A DNA stretch of 62,244 nt, filler included, from Malassezia furfur (Eukaryota), in NCBI GenBank assembly GCA_052055015.1. It is 24 parts of 24 records of this genome, joined end to end, with 100 filler letters (N's around TTAATTAATTAA, not from the genome) between each part and the next. Parts side by side here need not be neighbours in the genome. Positions count along the whole stretch, not along the records: positions 1 to 2,543 come from JBQJIT010000890.1; positions 2,644 to 5,185 come from JBQJIT010000891.1; positions 5,286 to 7,825 come from JBQJIT010000892.1; positions 7,926 to 10,465 come from JBQJIT010000893.1; positions 10,566 to 13,094 come from JBQJIT010000894.1; positions 13,195 to 15,713 come from JBQJIT010000895.1; 18 more parts are not named here. One strand, given 5' to 3'. Of this stretch, positions 1 to 13,648 are shown piece by piece. The position numbers were made by a program, and so were the translations under genes. The number at the start of each line of letters is the position of its first letter. The first letter of the stretch is position 1. The notes beneath the pieces were generated by a model. The model was given only the letters and a program-made list of their open reading frames with translations, was not told where the DNA came from and did not search any database.

Positions 1-125
1 GCGCGCATGGTATTCCGCATCTCGCTCAGAATGTCCGACAGACTCGCGCCCGGGATCGCCATGAACGGCGGCGTCTCGCGCGACTCGTTCTCCCTGCGTG
101 AGCGGCGCGCTACGTACTCGGCCAT
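1..125 (-). CDS. Hypothetical protein, 5' fragment (MAEENESRETPPFMAIPGASLSDILSEMR...)
   Basis: ATG at 125, a 24-nt GTACGT..CTCACGCAG intron at 94-117, then open to the window edge. Confidence 0.5.
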   Translation of the reverse strand, partial: MAEYVARRSRRENESRETPPFMAIPGASLSDILSEMRNTMR

Positions 126-290
126 CGTGCGCGTCCTCCACGCCGCGGCGCTGCTGACTCAGCGACGCCCCCGCTGGACCCTGTGTGCTTACGTAAAGCG
201 GGCCCCGTGCGCGGGCAGCGCCCGGGCCGCCCCTGTTCGGGGCGGCGGGCCCGTGCTGCGTCTTTCCCCTCACCTCGACTTTCTTCAGTT

Positions 291-788
291 ATGCCTCTCT
301 TCGTGCTCTCGCCCGTACGTTGCCGCCCGCGATGGCCCACTGACTCCTAGGCTTCGCTCGCGCACTCGGCCCTGTTCGCCGGCTACTACACCTACCTGTC
401 CGCGAACGTCGTGGCCCTCCGCAAGAAGGAGAACCAGGTGGACTCCGGCAAGGACGTGACGCCCGGCACTGCGCTGCACCGCGCTGTGCGTGCCCACGCC
501 AACTTTGCCGAGTACACGCCGTTCACCTTTGTGCTGCTGTTCCTTGCGGAGCTGAACGGTGCGCCGACCAAGTACGTGCACGCCGCGTACGTGACGCTGT
601 TTGCCTCGCGCGTCGCCGCGGGTCCTGGCCTGAACTGCGCCAAGCCCGGCAACGCGGCGCGTGTCGTGGGCTTCCTCGGCACCATCGCTGTGATGGTCGG
701 CTCGGGCCTGTACAACGTACGTTGCTCTTCACTGACGCAGTTCGGTCTCGGCTACGAGCCGCTCAAGTCGTTCCTCGGCATCCAGTAA
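291..788 (+). CDS. MAPEG family membrane protein (microsomal GST/eicosanoid metabolism family)
   Basis: Exons 291-314, 351-716, 741-788 (introns 36 and 24 nt). RAHANFAEYTP MAPEG motif and hydrophobic helices. Confidence 0.85.
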
Positions 789-815
789 ACCACGTCATGC
801 TACGTGCCATAGTCG

Positions 816-2533
816 CTAAAACATGGTCGACAACTTATTCGACGCAGAGCGCTGCACGCGCGCGCCCGGCGCGGGCTGCTTGGCCCAGTTCTTGCCAAAG
901 GTGAACCCGACCCACATCCCGCGCCCGCCGTCGGTGAGGCCCTGCTTCGCCTCCATGGCCTCCACGTGGCGCTGCTTCTCCTGGACCTCCTTGTACTTGG
1001 CCATGTCCGCGGGGTCGTCAAAGTTGTCAAAGTAGCCCGTGTCCTGCTCGCTCTCGAGCTGCGGGATAAACGGCGCGGGCACCTCGCGCATGCGCGCCAG
1101 GTCGACGCCCCGGAAGAAGGGGTGCGCCTGCACGTCCAGCAGCGAGTTGTACCGCTTCTCGGGCGTGTTGATCAGGCGCACGATCATGTCCCACGCCGTG
1201 TTGGTCAGGTTGAACTGCAAATCCTCGGGCTTGTCGTACACCGGGCGCTGCAGCGTCTTGGTCCAGTTCTTCAGGTTCGCCCACGTCTCGTCGGGGTGCG
1301 CGCCGCTGAACGGCGGGAAGCCACACAGGAACTCGTACAGAATGCACCCCAGGCTCCAGTAGTCGACGCTCGTGCCGTACTCCCGGCCGCGCAGCACCTC
1401 GGGCGCCATGTAGTCCGGCGAGCCCACGACCGAGTCGGCGTACCGCACGTTGTGCGCACGCATCGCCTGGTACAGCGAGCCGCGCTCCGCCGGCGTGCGG
1501 TACACCAGGTCGCTCTCCTTCACCTGGTCGAGGCGGCGCTTCAGCGACTCGATGCGGCCGGGGTTCAGCGCGCCGGACGCAAGGCCAAAGTCGGTCAGCT
1601 TGATGTGCCCCTGCGCGTCGATCAAAAAGTTCTCCGGCTTGAGGTCGCGGTGGATGTAGCCGAGCTTGTGCAGTTCGTTGACCGCGACAAACATCTCGGC
1701 GATGTAGAAGCGCGCGTGCTCCTCGCGCAGCACGCCGCTGTTGTTGAGCAGCGTGCGGAAGTCGCCGCCGGGCACATATTCCTGCGTAAGCCTCGTCCAC
1801 GCACCATCGCCAAGTACACATGCGTCTCGTCCTGGAACGCATACAGCAGCCGCACCAGCCACGGCGAGCGCGTCGCGGTGAGGATGTCGCGCTCAGTGAG
1901 CACGTGCCGCACCTCGTCCATCTTGATGAGCACGCGCTTGCGCAGCCGCTTGAGCGCACACAGCTCGCCCGTGTCGCGCTTGCGCGCCAAAAACACCTCG
2001 CCGTAGCCGCCCTGGCCGACCTGCGTGACGATGTGGAACTGCGCAAGGCGCAGCTTCGTGCGGCGGTGCAGCAGCAGCGCACGCTCCTGCGCAAAGTGCT
2101 GCTCGCGCGCGCGCTGGTACGCCGCCTCGCTCACCGCACTCGTGCTCGCGGCCGGCGCACGCGCCGGCGAGCGGTCGAGGCGCATGCCCGCCATGGTCTG
2201 CTCGAGCTGCTCCTCGCGCGAGACGTAGCCCTGTGCGCGCATGTCCTGCTCGAACTGCGCGAGCCGCTCGCGCCGGTCCGCGAGGTAGCGCAGCGAGTCA
2301 AAGTAGTGGTTCAGGAAGTAGATCTGCGCGAGCGTCGCCTTGCGCTGCACCTCGGGCATCTGCACGACGTCGCGCTCCCACGGCTGCAGCAGGTCCGCGG
2401 CCGTGTGGCTGTTCCAGCTCGGGCGCGCATACGCCGCGGCCGCAGGGTCCGCACGCACGGCCGTGGGCGGCGCCTCGCGCTTGGTGCGTGGGCTCGCGGT
2501 GGGCGTCGTCGTGGCCGCGGCCGTCGCCTGCAT
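816..2533 (-). CDS. DBF2: NDR-family Ser/Thr kinase, Dbf2/Sid2-like (true start may lie beyond the contig end)
   Basis: GQGGYGEV, HRDLKPEN, DFG, SVVGSPDYMAPE and C-terminal VGFTF. A 23-nt intron at 1782-1804 joins YLAM to EYVPGGDF. Confidence 0.9.
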
Positions 2534-2543
2534 GCGCCGCGTG

Positions 2544-2643
2544 NNNNNNNNNNNNNNNNNNNNNNNNNNNNNNNNNNNNNNNNNNNNTTAATTAATTAAN
2601 NNNNNNNNNNNNNNNNNNNNNNNNNNNNNNNNNNNNNNNNNNN
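2544..2643. other. Artificial contig-joining spacer (first of 23)
   Basis: N44-TTAATTAATTAA-N44, with stops in all six frames. Identical spacers start at 2544, 5186, 7826, 10466, 13095, 15714, 18330, 20946, 23558, 26162, 28765, 31363, 33958, 36553, 39147, 41741, 44322, 46900, 49477, 52052, 54617, 57165 and 59707. Confidence 0.99.
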
Positions 2644-3486
2644 GCGCGGCACCAGGCGGCGCAGCAGCGCGTCGGCACGCGCCCCGAGCGCGCGCGCCTG
2701 CATCGTGTGGCCCATCACGGGCACGTCGAGCGCGCGCAGGTAGCCGAGGCGCTGCGTCGCGCGCACGAGGCGCGCAAAGTGCGCAAAGAAGAGCAGGCCG
2801 AGCGGCGCCTGCGCCCACGCCGACACGGCGGCGACGGGCACGCTATGGACGGGCGCCTCGCCGTGCGCCTCGGCGCCGAGCTCGTCGGTGCTGAGCGCGA
2901 CGGCGGCCGGCGACGTGGTCACTTTCGCGGGGCGCCCGGGCAGGCACCCCGCGAGCGCAAACACCGCGGCAAAGTCGAGCGTCGCGAGCCAGGCCCGCAC
3001 GCCGAACGGCGCGCCAAACGCCGCGCGGAACGCCTCGCCGAGCAGCATCGCGAACGCGATGCACGTCACGCAGCAGATCGCGCGCCACCGCGCCGCGCCG
3101 CGGAACGCGGGCGGCGTGCGCAGCAGCGGCGTGCCGAGGCGCAGCGCGAGCGGCAGAAGCGCCGCAAACGCCCAAAAGACTTGGCCACCGTGCAGCGGCC
3201 ACGCGGCGGTGGGCGCGGTGAGCGCGAGGCCGAGCACGACGAGCGCGAGCAGCGCGTGCTGTGCGTACGCCATGTGCCGCCAGAAGCGCGCCGGGTCGAC
3301 GTCGTGCTCGTCGGCGTCGTCGGCATCGGCGTCGGTGCGCGGGCGCTCGACGTGCGTGAGCTCGGGGTGCATGTGCGCGGCGACGCCCGCGCACGCGGTG
3401 CTCGCGACGTCGTACGCGAGCGTCGCGACGCACACGGCGCACTCGGCGCGCACGAGCACGGCCTGCGCATCCCACGCAGCGGCCAT
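2644..3486 (-). CDS. ABCC/MRP-type ABC transporter, N-terminal fragment
   Basis: Several transmembrane helices followed by a linker (APLGLLFFAHFARLV...LRALDVPVM) resembling the ABCC L0 region. Truncated by the contig end. Confidence 0.55.
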
Positions 3487-3605
3487 CGTCGTCGAGCGTG
3501 CGCCCGATCGCCCGATACGAAGACGGGTGCGCCCGGCGCAGGTGGAGGCGCCGGCGCCGGCGCGTGGGGGGGCCCCAACGCCCGGCCTCTCCACTGTCTA
3601 CGAGC

Positions 3606-4865
3606 ATGCTTGCCCTCTTCCGCCGCGTCCCCCCTGCGCGCGCCGCAGCGGCGCGTGCCCTATTTGCTGGTGCGCCGCGTGCGTTCCATGCGGCGGCCGT
3701 GTGCCGTGCGCTGGGCCGCACGGGGCTGTACGAGTTCCACGAGCAGCACGGCGCCAAGATGGTGCCGTTTGGCGGCTATCAGATGCCGCTCACCTACGGC
3801 AAGGTCGGGCAGGTGGCGTCGCACAAGCACGTGCGCGAGCACGCGGGCCTGTTTGACGTGGGGCACATGGTGCAGCACAAGTTCAAGGGCGCGACGGCCG
3901 CGGCGTTTCTGCAGCACATCACGCCGGCGTCGCTCGGCCCCGACAAGATGAAGCCGTTCACCTCGACGCTGTCTGTGCTGCTGTCGCCCGAGGGCGGCAT
4001 CCTCGACGACCTGATCATCACGAAGCACGGCGAGGACGAGTTCTACGTGGTGACCAACGCCGGGTGCCGCGACGAGGACCTGGCGTACATCGCCAAGCAC
4101 CTCGACGCGTTCAACAAAGAGAACGTGTCGAACGGCTACACGGAGCACGAGGTGATGGACAAGCAGGGCCTGCTGGCGCTGCAGGGCCCGTCGTCCGCCG
4201 CGGTGCTGGCGAAGCTGCTCCCGGCCGACTTTGACCTGAGCAAGCTGACGTTCGGGCAGAGCGCGTTTGTGGATCTGCAGCTGCCGAACCACGACCCCGT
4301 GCACGTGCACGTCGCGCGCGGCGGGTACACGGGCGAGGACGGCTTTGAGATCTCGATCCCGCCCGCGGACACGGTCGCGGTCGCCGAGGCGCTCCTCGCG
4401 GACGCCGAGGTGGAGCTTGCGGGGCTCGCGGCGCGCGACAGCCTGCGCCTCGAGGCGGGCATGTGCCTGTACGGCCACGACCTCGACCCGAGCGTGTCGC
4501 CGGTCGAGGGCGCGCTTGCGTGGACGGTCGGCAAGGACCGGCGCGAGGCGGGCGACTTCCTTGGCGCCGAGCGTGTCCTGCGTGAGCTGAAGGAGGGCCC
4601 GCCGCGCCGCCGTGTTGGCCTGATTGTCGAGGGCCCGCCCGCGCGCGAGGGCGCCAAGGTCTATGCCGAGGACGGCACCACAGAGATTGGGCGTGTGACG
4701 TCGGGCATCCCGTCGCCGACGCTGGGGCAGAACATTGCGATGGCACTCGTCAAGAACGGGCACCACACGCGCGGCTCGACGGTGCTGGTCGAGGTGCGCA
4801 ACAAGAAGCACGACGCGATCGTGACGCGTATGCCGTTTGTCCCGAACAAGTTCTACCGCGGCTAA
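3606..4865 (+). CDS. GCV1: Glycine cleavage system T protein (aminomethyltransferase), mitochondrial
   Basis: Arg-rich presequence, RTGLYEFH, GLFDVGHM, RGGYTGEDGFEI, ARDSLRLEAGMCLYG and MPFVP. Confidence 0.96.
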   Translation: MLALFRRVPPARAAAARALFAGAPRAFHAAAVCRALGRTGLYEFHEQHGAKMVPFGGYQMPLTYGKVGQVASHKHVREHAGLFDVGHMVQHKFKGATAAAFLQHITPASLGPDKMKPFTSTLSVLLSPEGGILDDLIITKHGEDEFYVVTNAGCRDEDLAYIAKHLDAFNKENVSNGYTEHEVMDKQGLLALQGPSSAAVLAKLLPADFDLSKLTFGQSAFVDLQLPNHDPVHVHVARGGYTGEDGFEISIPPADTVAVAEALLADAEVELAGLAARDSLRLEAGMCLYGHDLDPSVSPVEGALAWTVGKDRREAGDFLGAERVLRELKEGPPRRRVGLIVEGPPAREGAKVYAEDGTTEIGRVTSGIPSPTLGQNIAMALVKNGHHTRGSTVLVEVRNKKHDAIVTRMPFVPNKFYRG

Positions 4866-5285
4866 GTGGGTGCGCGCGCGTGCGCGGCGGGCGGCGCCGG
4901 CGCTGCGCGCTGCTCCGTGCGCACACGCACGTGGGCCCCCGTGGCGTCACGCCGCCGGCGATTGGTAGGCCGATAGTCGCTTTAGTCAGATGATTGTCCC
5001 CCCGTAGCGCGGCGCGGCGCTTGGACCTCTCCGCGCCCCTGCCCCGGACGTGCTGCGGAACCACGACGTGCCGCGCGGCCGCACCCCCCTCGTCTGCCGT
5101 TGTCCCGCACCCGACGATTCCCGAGTGACGAGCCGTGCGCCATGTCGCATGCGGGCAAGGCGGAGCTGTCCGCGCGACGCCCCGANNNNNNNNNNNNNNN
5201 NNNNNNNNNNNNNNNNNNNNNNNNNNNNNTTAATTAATTAANNNNNNNNNNNNNNNNNNNNNNNNNNNNNNNNNNNNNNNNNNNN

Positions 5286-7825
5286 GTAGGTGCGCGCGCG
5301 CGCGTCGAGCGCCGCGTCGGGCGTCGCGCACGCCGGCGCCCCGGCACGCATCGGTGTCGAGGTCGCGGGTGCCGACACAATGCGCGTCCGCGGCGGCGAG
5401 AGACGTGACCGCGCGGGCGCCGCGAGCTCAAGCGCGGGCACGCGGAGGTACGCGGCGAGCGCGGGGTCGGACTGCGACGGGTGCGGCTCGACGTGCATCG
5501 CCGCTGCGGGCAGCGCCTCGACATGCTCGTACACCTGCATGTCGGCGTCGGCCGTGCGTGGCGTGCGCTGGAAGGGGAGGTGCGCAAACTGGGTCGTGTA
5601 CGCGGCATATTCGCGCTGCTCCTGCTTGGCGATCGCCGGCGCGAGGCTCTTGGCCACCGCGAGCTCCAGCGTACTCGGCTCGGTGGCATCCGGCGCGGTG
5701 CGTGGCGCGCTTGGCTCGGTGTGCGGCGCCGCGTCGTACGGGCGGTGGGGCTGCGCGGCGCATCGTCGTGAGCGGTCGCACGCTTGCACGCGGCAGCGGA
5801 GCGCCGAGCGTGTCGTCCCGGGGAGACGGCGGCGCGTTGAGGGCCGGCAGTGCCTCGCCGGGCAGCGCCGTCGGGCGCTGGTGCACGGCGGTCATCTTGT
5901 ACGCGTGGTGGCGCTGCAGATCGGTAAACAGCCCTGGGCGGTAGTACCGCGCCCAAAAGTGGCGGTCCGCGTTGACGAACGCGTCGAGGTACGCGAGCTT
6001 CTCGTCGAGGTCTTCGTCCGGGACGAGGTAGTCGTCGACGTGCGCCAGGGCCGGCGCCGGGAGCGGCGTGCTCGTCGACACCGCGTGGGGCGCGTCGCCG
6101 TCGCGTGGCTGGTGCAAGAACAAGTCGATTGCCGCCTGCTTATCCGCGTCGGCGAACGAGTTGGCGTAGTAGCGCTTCAGCCCCTCGATCATGTCGCGCG
6201 AGTGCGACGACCAGTGGTTGATCTTGCGGTAGGTGTCGGTGGTGTGCGCGAGCGCCGAGCCGCCGTACTGCAGCGCAATCGTGTCGCCGAGGTCGTGGTA
6301 CATTTCCGTGAGCATGTTGATCGCGTCTGAGTCAAACGACAGCCGTGCGTGGTCGAGCAGGCCGAGCGCCTGCAGCTGGTGCGCCAGGGCTGTCTTGCCG
6401 AGCACAAACTGGGCGGCGTTGGTGCGGTCGAGGCAGTCGACGCAGTTGATGCGCGCCACGCCGTGCTGCAGCAGGATCGGCGTGTGCGCCGGCGCATGTG
6501 CGCGGCGTGGCGCGCGCCCTGTGTGGAAGAAGCGCGTGGCGCGCAGCGTGTCGTGGGCGAGCGACTCGAGCGTGCGGATCACGTCCTGGTCGCGGCTCTT
6601 GCTTGCGCGGCTCATGTCCCAGGCGATGTAGCGGATGCGGCGGTCTGCGCCGCCGTCCGAGCCGTCCGGGAGGAACTGGTTGAGGTACTCGATGCACTCG
6701 CTGTATGCGTGCAGCAGCTTGGACTCGCGCGGCTGCCGTTCCTTGGACTTGATGAGGTTCAGGACGACGACCGGCGTGCCGTATGCGCGGAACAGGCGGT
6801 CAAAGTGGCGCATTGCCGGCACGAAGTACGGGTCGGCGACCGAGATGGTAATCGGCGGGCGCGGCGACATGTTGGTCGAGTCCTGCGTCCAGAACACGGG
6901 GATGGAGCCGCGCAGCATCACGTACGAGGTAAAGTGCGGCGACGGCGTGTGCGGATGTGCGGCGCCATCGGCGCTCGGCGCATACACCGGGCTCGTCGTC
7001 GGCTCGTGCACGATCTGCTCGGTCTCGACGTCGTTGGCAACGTAGCCCTCGTCGTTGGTGCCGCGTTTATGGAAGCGCGCACCGGCAAAGTGGCGCGAGC
7101 GCCGAGCGAGCAGCGTCACGTAGATGGTGCGGCCCAGCACCAGCAGCTTCGCCTGGTCCACAAACCCGTGCACCAGCGGCAGCACCCACGCACGCAGCGG
7201 CGCAGCGGGCACCGCGTCCACGTCACGACACGCGCCAAACGCGGGGAGCAGCAGGTGGAAGTTCCACATCCACTTCTCGTTCAGGCCCCATGCCGGCGCA
7301 CTGCACGCAAGGCTGCTCCGCCGCGGGCCGGTCATGACCTCTTGCAGCGTGCGCGTCACGTCGTAGGTGTAGCTGAAGTAGAAGTTCTTGCTCAGGTCCA
7401 CCTGGCGGAAGGTGCGCACGCATTGCGCCTCGAACTGCTCGCGCGCCTTGCTGCGCCCCGGCAGCGTCGCAAGCAGCGACGCATGGCACACCGGCACGAG
7501 CTGCGTCTCGTCGCAATGGTACACGTAGTGCCCGCCGATGAGCGCGACCGCACTCCGGTGCGAGATGAGCACCATGTAGTAGGTCGACGTGAAGCGCACG
7601 AAGCCGATCAGCCCAAAAAAGTGGCCGACCTCTTTGAGGCCGCCGGTGCTCCGATTGCCCTCGCGGATGGTGTCAAGCAGCTCGTTCAGCTCGTCGGCGG
7701 TGTAGGCCACGTCGTCGCTCGTTACACTCAGCTGCCACGCTGCGTCCTCGGCGGGGTCCGGCGTGGGCGGCGCATCGGGGCGCGGCGTCTCGGCGGGGGC
7801 CTCGGCCGTGTCAGGCACGGGCGGT
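5286..7825 (-). CDS. FIG4: SAC-domain polyphosphoinositide phosphatase Fig4 (partial)
   Basis: DLSKNFYFSYTYD, RRSRHFAGARF, VANDVETEQI, catalytic CVDCLDRTN and GDTIALQYGGS. A frame change near 5750-5790 is either a 31-nt intron (5751-5781) or an error. Confidence 0.92.
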
Positions 7826-7925
7826 NNNNNNNNNNNNNNNNNNNNNNNNNNNNNNNNNNNNNNNNNNNNTTAATTAATTAANNNNNNNNNNNNNNNNNNN
7901 NNNNNNNNNNNNNNNNNNNNNNNNN

Positions 7926-10239
7926 GCTTCGCGACGTCGTGCAGGAGCGCCGTCTGCCGCTCGGCGGGGAGCGTCGGCACGACGAGCGTCACGACCTCGC
8001 TCACCTGCTGCACGACCGCCGCGTCCGCGCCGACGAGCGCGTCGTCGGTGCGCAGCAGCGCGAGCAGGCGCAGGGGGAGCTGCGCCGCGTACTTCGGCAC
8101 GTCGGTGTGCCCCGCGGCACGCTTCGCCTCGAGGCACACCTGCAGCGTCGCGAGCAGCGCACACGCATAGCCGACGCGCACGGCGTCCGCGCGCGGCTCG
8201 CCGAGCGCCGTGTCGAGCAGCGCACACACACGCACGACGAGCGCGTCAAACAGCTCGGGGCGCACACACAGCCGCGCAAGCGCACCGAGCGCGTCGCGGA
8301 TCCGCACCAGGTCGGCGTCCGCCGGCAGCGTGTACGGCAGCTGCGCGAGCAGGAACGGCAGCGTGTGCGCCTCGATCGCGCGCGCGTGCGTGCGTGCGAT
8401 GCGCTCCAGGCCGCCGAGCGCCGCGTCGCGCAGCGCCTCGGCGTTGGCGACCTCGGGCGCCACGGCCACCTCCTGGATCGCGCGCGTGGCGTACTCGACC
8501 TCGCTGGGGCGCAGCAGCGCCGGGATTTGCGTGAGCATCACGAGGCCGTGCAGCGCCGCGACGTCGCGCCGGCGCTCGAGGCCGCGCAGCAGCGCCGAGA
8601 AGAGCGCGTCGTGGAACGCGTCGAGCGGCCGGCCGTCGGAGTCGTACGTGCGCGCCGTGTGCGGCGCATCGCCCTCGGCGGCGCCCGGCGGTGTGTAGAT
8701 GCGCTGCACGAGGTCGAGCAGCGCGGCGAGCAGCGGAAGCACCGCCGCCTCGTCCTCGTCGTGCTCGTCGAGGTGGCGCAGGAGCTGCGTGAGCACCACG
8801 TGGATCGCGACGGCCGACGTCGTGGGCGTGGCGTCCAGCAGGCTCTGCACGAGCTGCAGCGTCGTCTTGGCGAGCGCCTTGCCCGGCTCGCCGAGGTTCA
8901 GCGTGCATTCGTCGAGCACGGTGGTGCCGATCCCGGGGAGCGACGACGGCGCAGCGGACGACGGCGGGTGCGGCGTCGGGGTGTCGTCCATGGCGTCGGC
9001 GGACGCCGGCGGCTTCGCATCGTCGCTGGGCGCCTCGGCCTCGGCCGCCTGTGCCTCGGCCGCGGCGTCCGTCGCCGTCGCCCTTCCATACACCACGCGC
9101 AGCAGCGTCGTAAGGAGCGTCTGTGCGCACGCCGCCGACTCGTCGTCCGTCGGCTGCAGCACGTCGAGCTTCAGATAGCCCCACAGCGCGTCCGCATTCG
9201 CCTCGGCAGCCGCGCGGCCGTACACGGGCAGCGCCGCATCGAGCGTGCGGAGCACATCGACCTTGGCGGTGCCGCCGCTCGCCGCGAGCTTCTCGAGGAG
9301 CAGCGGCATGGCCATGGGCGCAAACGCGGGCGACGCCGAGATGCACGCCCGCAGCGCCTCCTTGAGCATGTCCGGCGTGATGTGGTACGGATCGTCGGGC
9401 GGCGGGCGGAAGGTGATGGGGAAGTAGCAAAAGAGGATGTTAAAGAACGACTCAGTCTCCATCTTGTCCATCTCCCACTCGAGCAGCAGCACGCGCGCGA
9501 TGTCGAACAGCACGAGCAGGTTGCGCGGGTCCTTTTCGCCGCCGACGAGCTGCGCATAGCCCGCGACAAAGCCGCTGCCCGGCGGCCCCTCGGCGGCGTC
9601 TGCGCCGTCGGCCGGCCGGCGCATCGTGAGCAGCGCCGCGCGGTTGCGCGCGACGAGCGAGTCGAGCAGACGGATCGCCGTGTGCCGCAGCGGCTGCGGG
9701 TGGTTGCGCAGCTCGAGGGCGCCAAACAGCGCACGGCTCACCACGCACGCGTCCTGCCCGCCAAAGTGGTCGCGGCCGAGCGGCGCGTCGTGGTCGAAGC
9801 CGGCGCCGCTGAGCGCGAGCAGCGCCTCGAGGCACGCGACGAGCATCTGGCTGAGTGCGAGCGTGCGCTGCTCGGCCTTTTGCTGTGCGCCGATCGGCGC
9901 CGTGGCCGGCACGAGGTGCCCGTCGTTGTGCTCGCGCGCGGCCGCCGACGCGATCTGCGTGGCGTCGGTGAGCTTTTCGCTGAAGAACGCCGTGAGCGTG
10001 CGGATCACCTGGCGCGTGAGCTGCGGGTGCGCGGGCGCTGCGTCCGTGAGGTGCACCACGACGCGGCTCAGCAGCGTCACGGCGAGCGTGCGTGTGGCGT
10101 CCGACTCGGACGTGAGGTGCGGGCCCAGCATGCGCACCACGTCCAGCAGCGAGATCTGCTCCGTAGCGACATCGTCAAGCACCGACGACGGGACGTCGGC
10201 CAACGTGCCCTGCACATACGCCGCGATCGCCGCCTCCAT
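7926..10239 (-). CDS. MMS19: MMS19/Met18 cytosolic Fe-S assembly component (3' truncated)
   Basis: GEKDPRNL and FCYFPITFRPPPDDPYHIT motifs of the MMS19 N-terminal domain, plus HEAT-like repeats. Confidence 0.92.
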
Positions 10240-10283
10240 CGCGAGTGGCAAGCAGGTGGAGGCCGGTCGGTCGCCCCTCCATC

Positions 10284-10465
10284 ATGGACGAACAGGCGGC
10301 GCTCCGGTCGCAGATCGCGCAGCTGAGTGGCGCGATCGACTCGCGCCGCGAGCAGATCGCACGGGGGCGCACGTACGTCCCGCGTGGCGGGCGCGCTCGG
10401 GGGCACGGCGCGCCGCCCGCGTCGCGGCACCGCTCGCTCGTATTTACACACGCCCCGCGCCCGGC
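10284..10465 (+). CDS. 5' fragment, probably a ZC3H3/Red5-like CCCH zinc-finger protein
   Basis: The N-terminus MDEQAALRSQIAQLSGAIDSRR...RHRSLV resembles fungal ZC3H3 homologues (from memory). Confidence 0.5.
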
Positions 10466-10565
10466 NNNNNNNNNNNNNNNNNNNNNNNNNNNNNNNNNNN
10501 NNNNNNNNNTTAATTAATTAANNNNNNNNNNNNNNNNNNNNNNNNNNNNNNNNNNNNNNNNNNNN

Positions 10566-10873
10566 AGTGTGTGCAGCGCACGCAGCGCATTGGGCGGCGG
10601 CGTGCTCAAAGTGCAGAGGCGTGCGCAGCATGTCGCTCGACAACCGCACGACGCGCGTCGGCGTCGCACACCTGCCTGCGGACGTCGGTGCCGAGCAGCT
10701 GCACGCGCACCTCGCGCAGTTTGGCCCGCTGCAGTCGCTTGACCGCGACGGCGACCGCTTCGTCGCGCACTTCCAGACACGCGGCGCGGCCGAAAAGGCG
10801 ATGCGCAGCGGCGGCGCCTGCGCCGCTCGAGCACGCCGAGGCGGCGGACCCCGAGAACTGGAAGCGGGCCTAG
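10566..10873 (+). CDS. RRM protein, RBM26/27-like C-terminal fragment
   Basis: SLDNRTT..FG..FQTRGAAEKAMR RRM and a terminal ENWKRA*. The frame breaks near 10810. Confidence 0.6.
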
Positions 10874-11096
10874 TCTACGACGCCCGACGGTGTACCATAG
10901 AGCCTACTACCCACACGATGCAAAAAAAAAACACCCATACGAGGAAGGAGTATTCAACAGCACACGCCACCAGCAAGCGCCCGTCTATCGCATTACAGAC
11001 GTGGACCGCCCGCCAGCCAGGCGGCGGCGCCGTGGCGCGCGGCGCGCCGCATTGCCACCGCGGCCGCTGCGCGAGCATTTTGGGGGGGCGAATGCA

Positions 11097-13026
<1,930 letters not shown>

Positions 13027-13648
13027 TAGTGTACCATAGGGATGACGAGGTGGGAGTGGACGTGGCGGACGGGGGTGCGAGAGGTGGGGGTGTGNNNNNN
13101 NNNNNNNNNNNNNNNNNNNNNNNNNNNNNNNNNNNNNNTTAATTAATTAANNNNNNNNNNNNNNNNNNNNNNNNNNNNNNNNNNNNNNNNNNNNCACCGA
13201 CTCGTCGCCGGGCGCCGCCGCGCCCTCGGCAGCGCTTGGCAGGGGTCTGGCCGTCCCCAGGCGAACGGAGGCCTCGCCGTGATTGGCCGACGCAGCCTCG
13301 AGGACGTGCATTTGGGGGTCCTTGACACCTGCAGGTGGGGCGAAATTATTCGCAATCCCCCGCACCGCCAGCCTGCCACCGGAGCGGAACGGTGTGCGTC
13401 ACGTGGTCTGCGCCGGCCGAAGTCAAAAGGGTGCGCCGATCCTGGGCCAGAGGGCCGCACGCTGGGAATTGCCTGCAGCATCTTGCATATCCATTTGCTG
13501 CCCAGCCCAGGTGCAGAAGTGCCCTCGAAGTCAAACTCGGCCTTGGGTGGGCGCCGCGCCGCGCGTCGTGCTCTTTGCCTCTCCGCGGACCGCACGAGAA
13601 CCATAGACCACTTTGCGTCTCCACGAAACGGGCTAGGCTGTGTGCACC

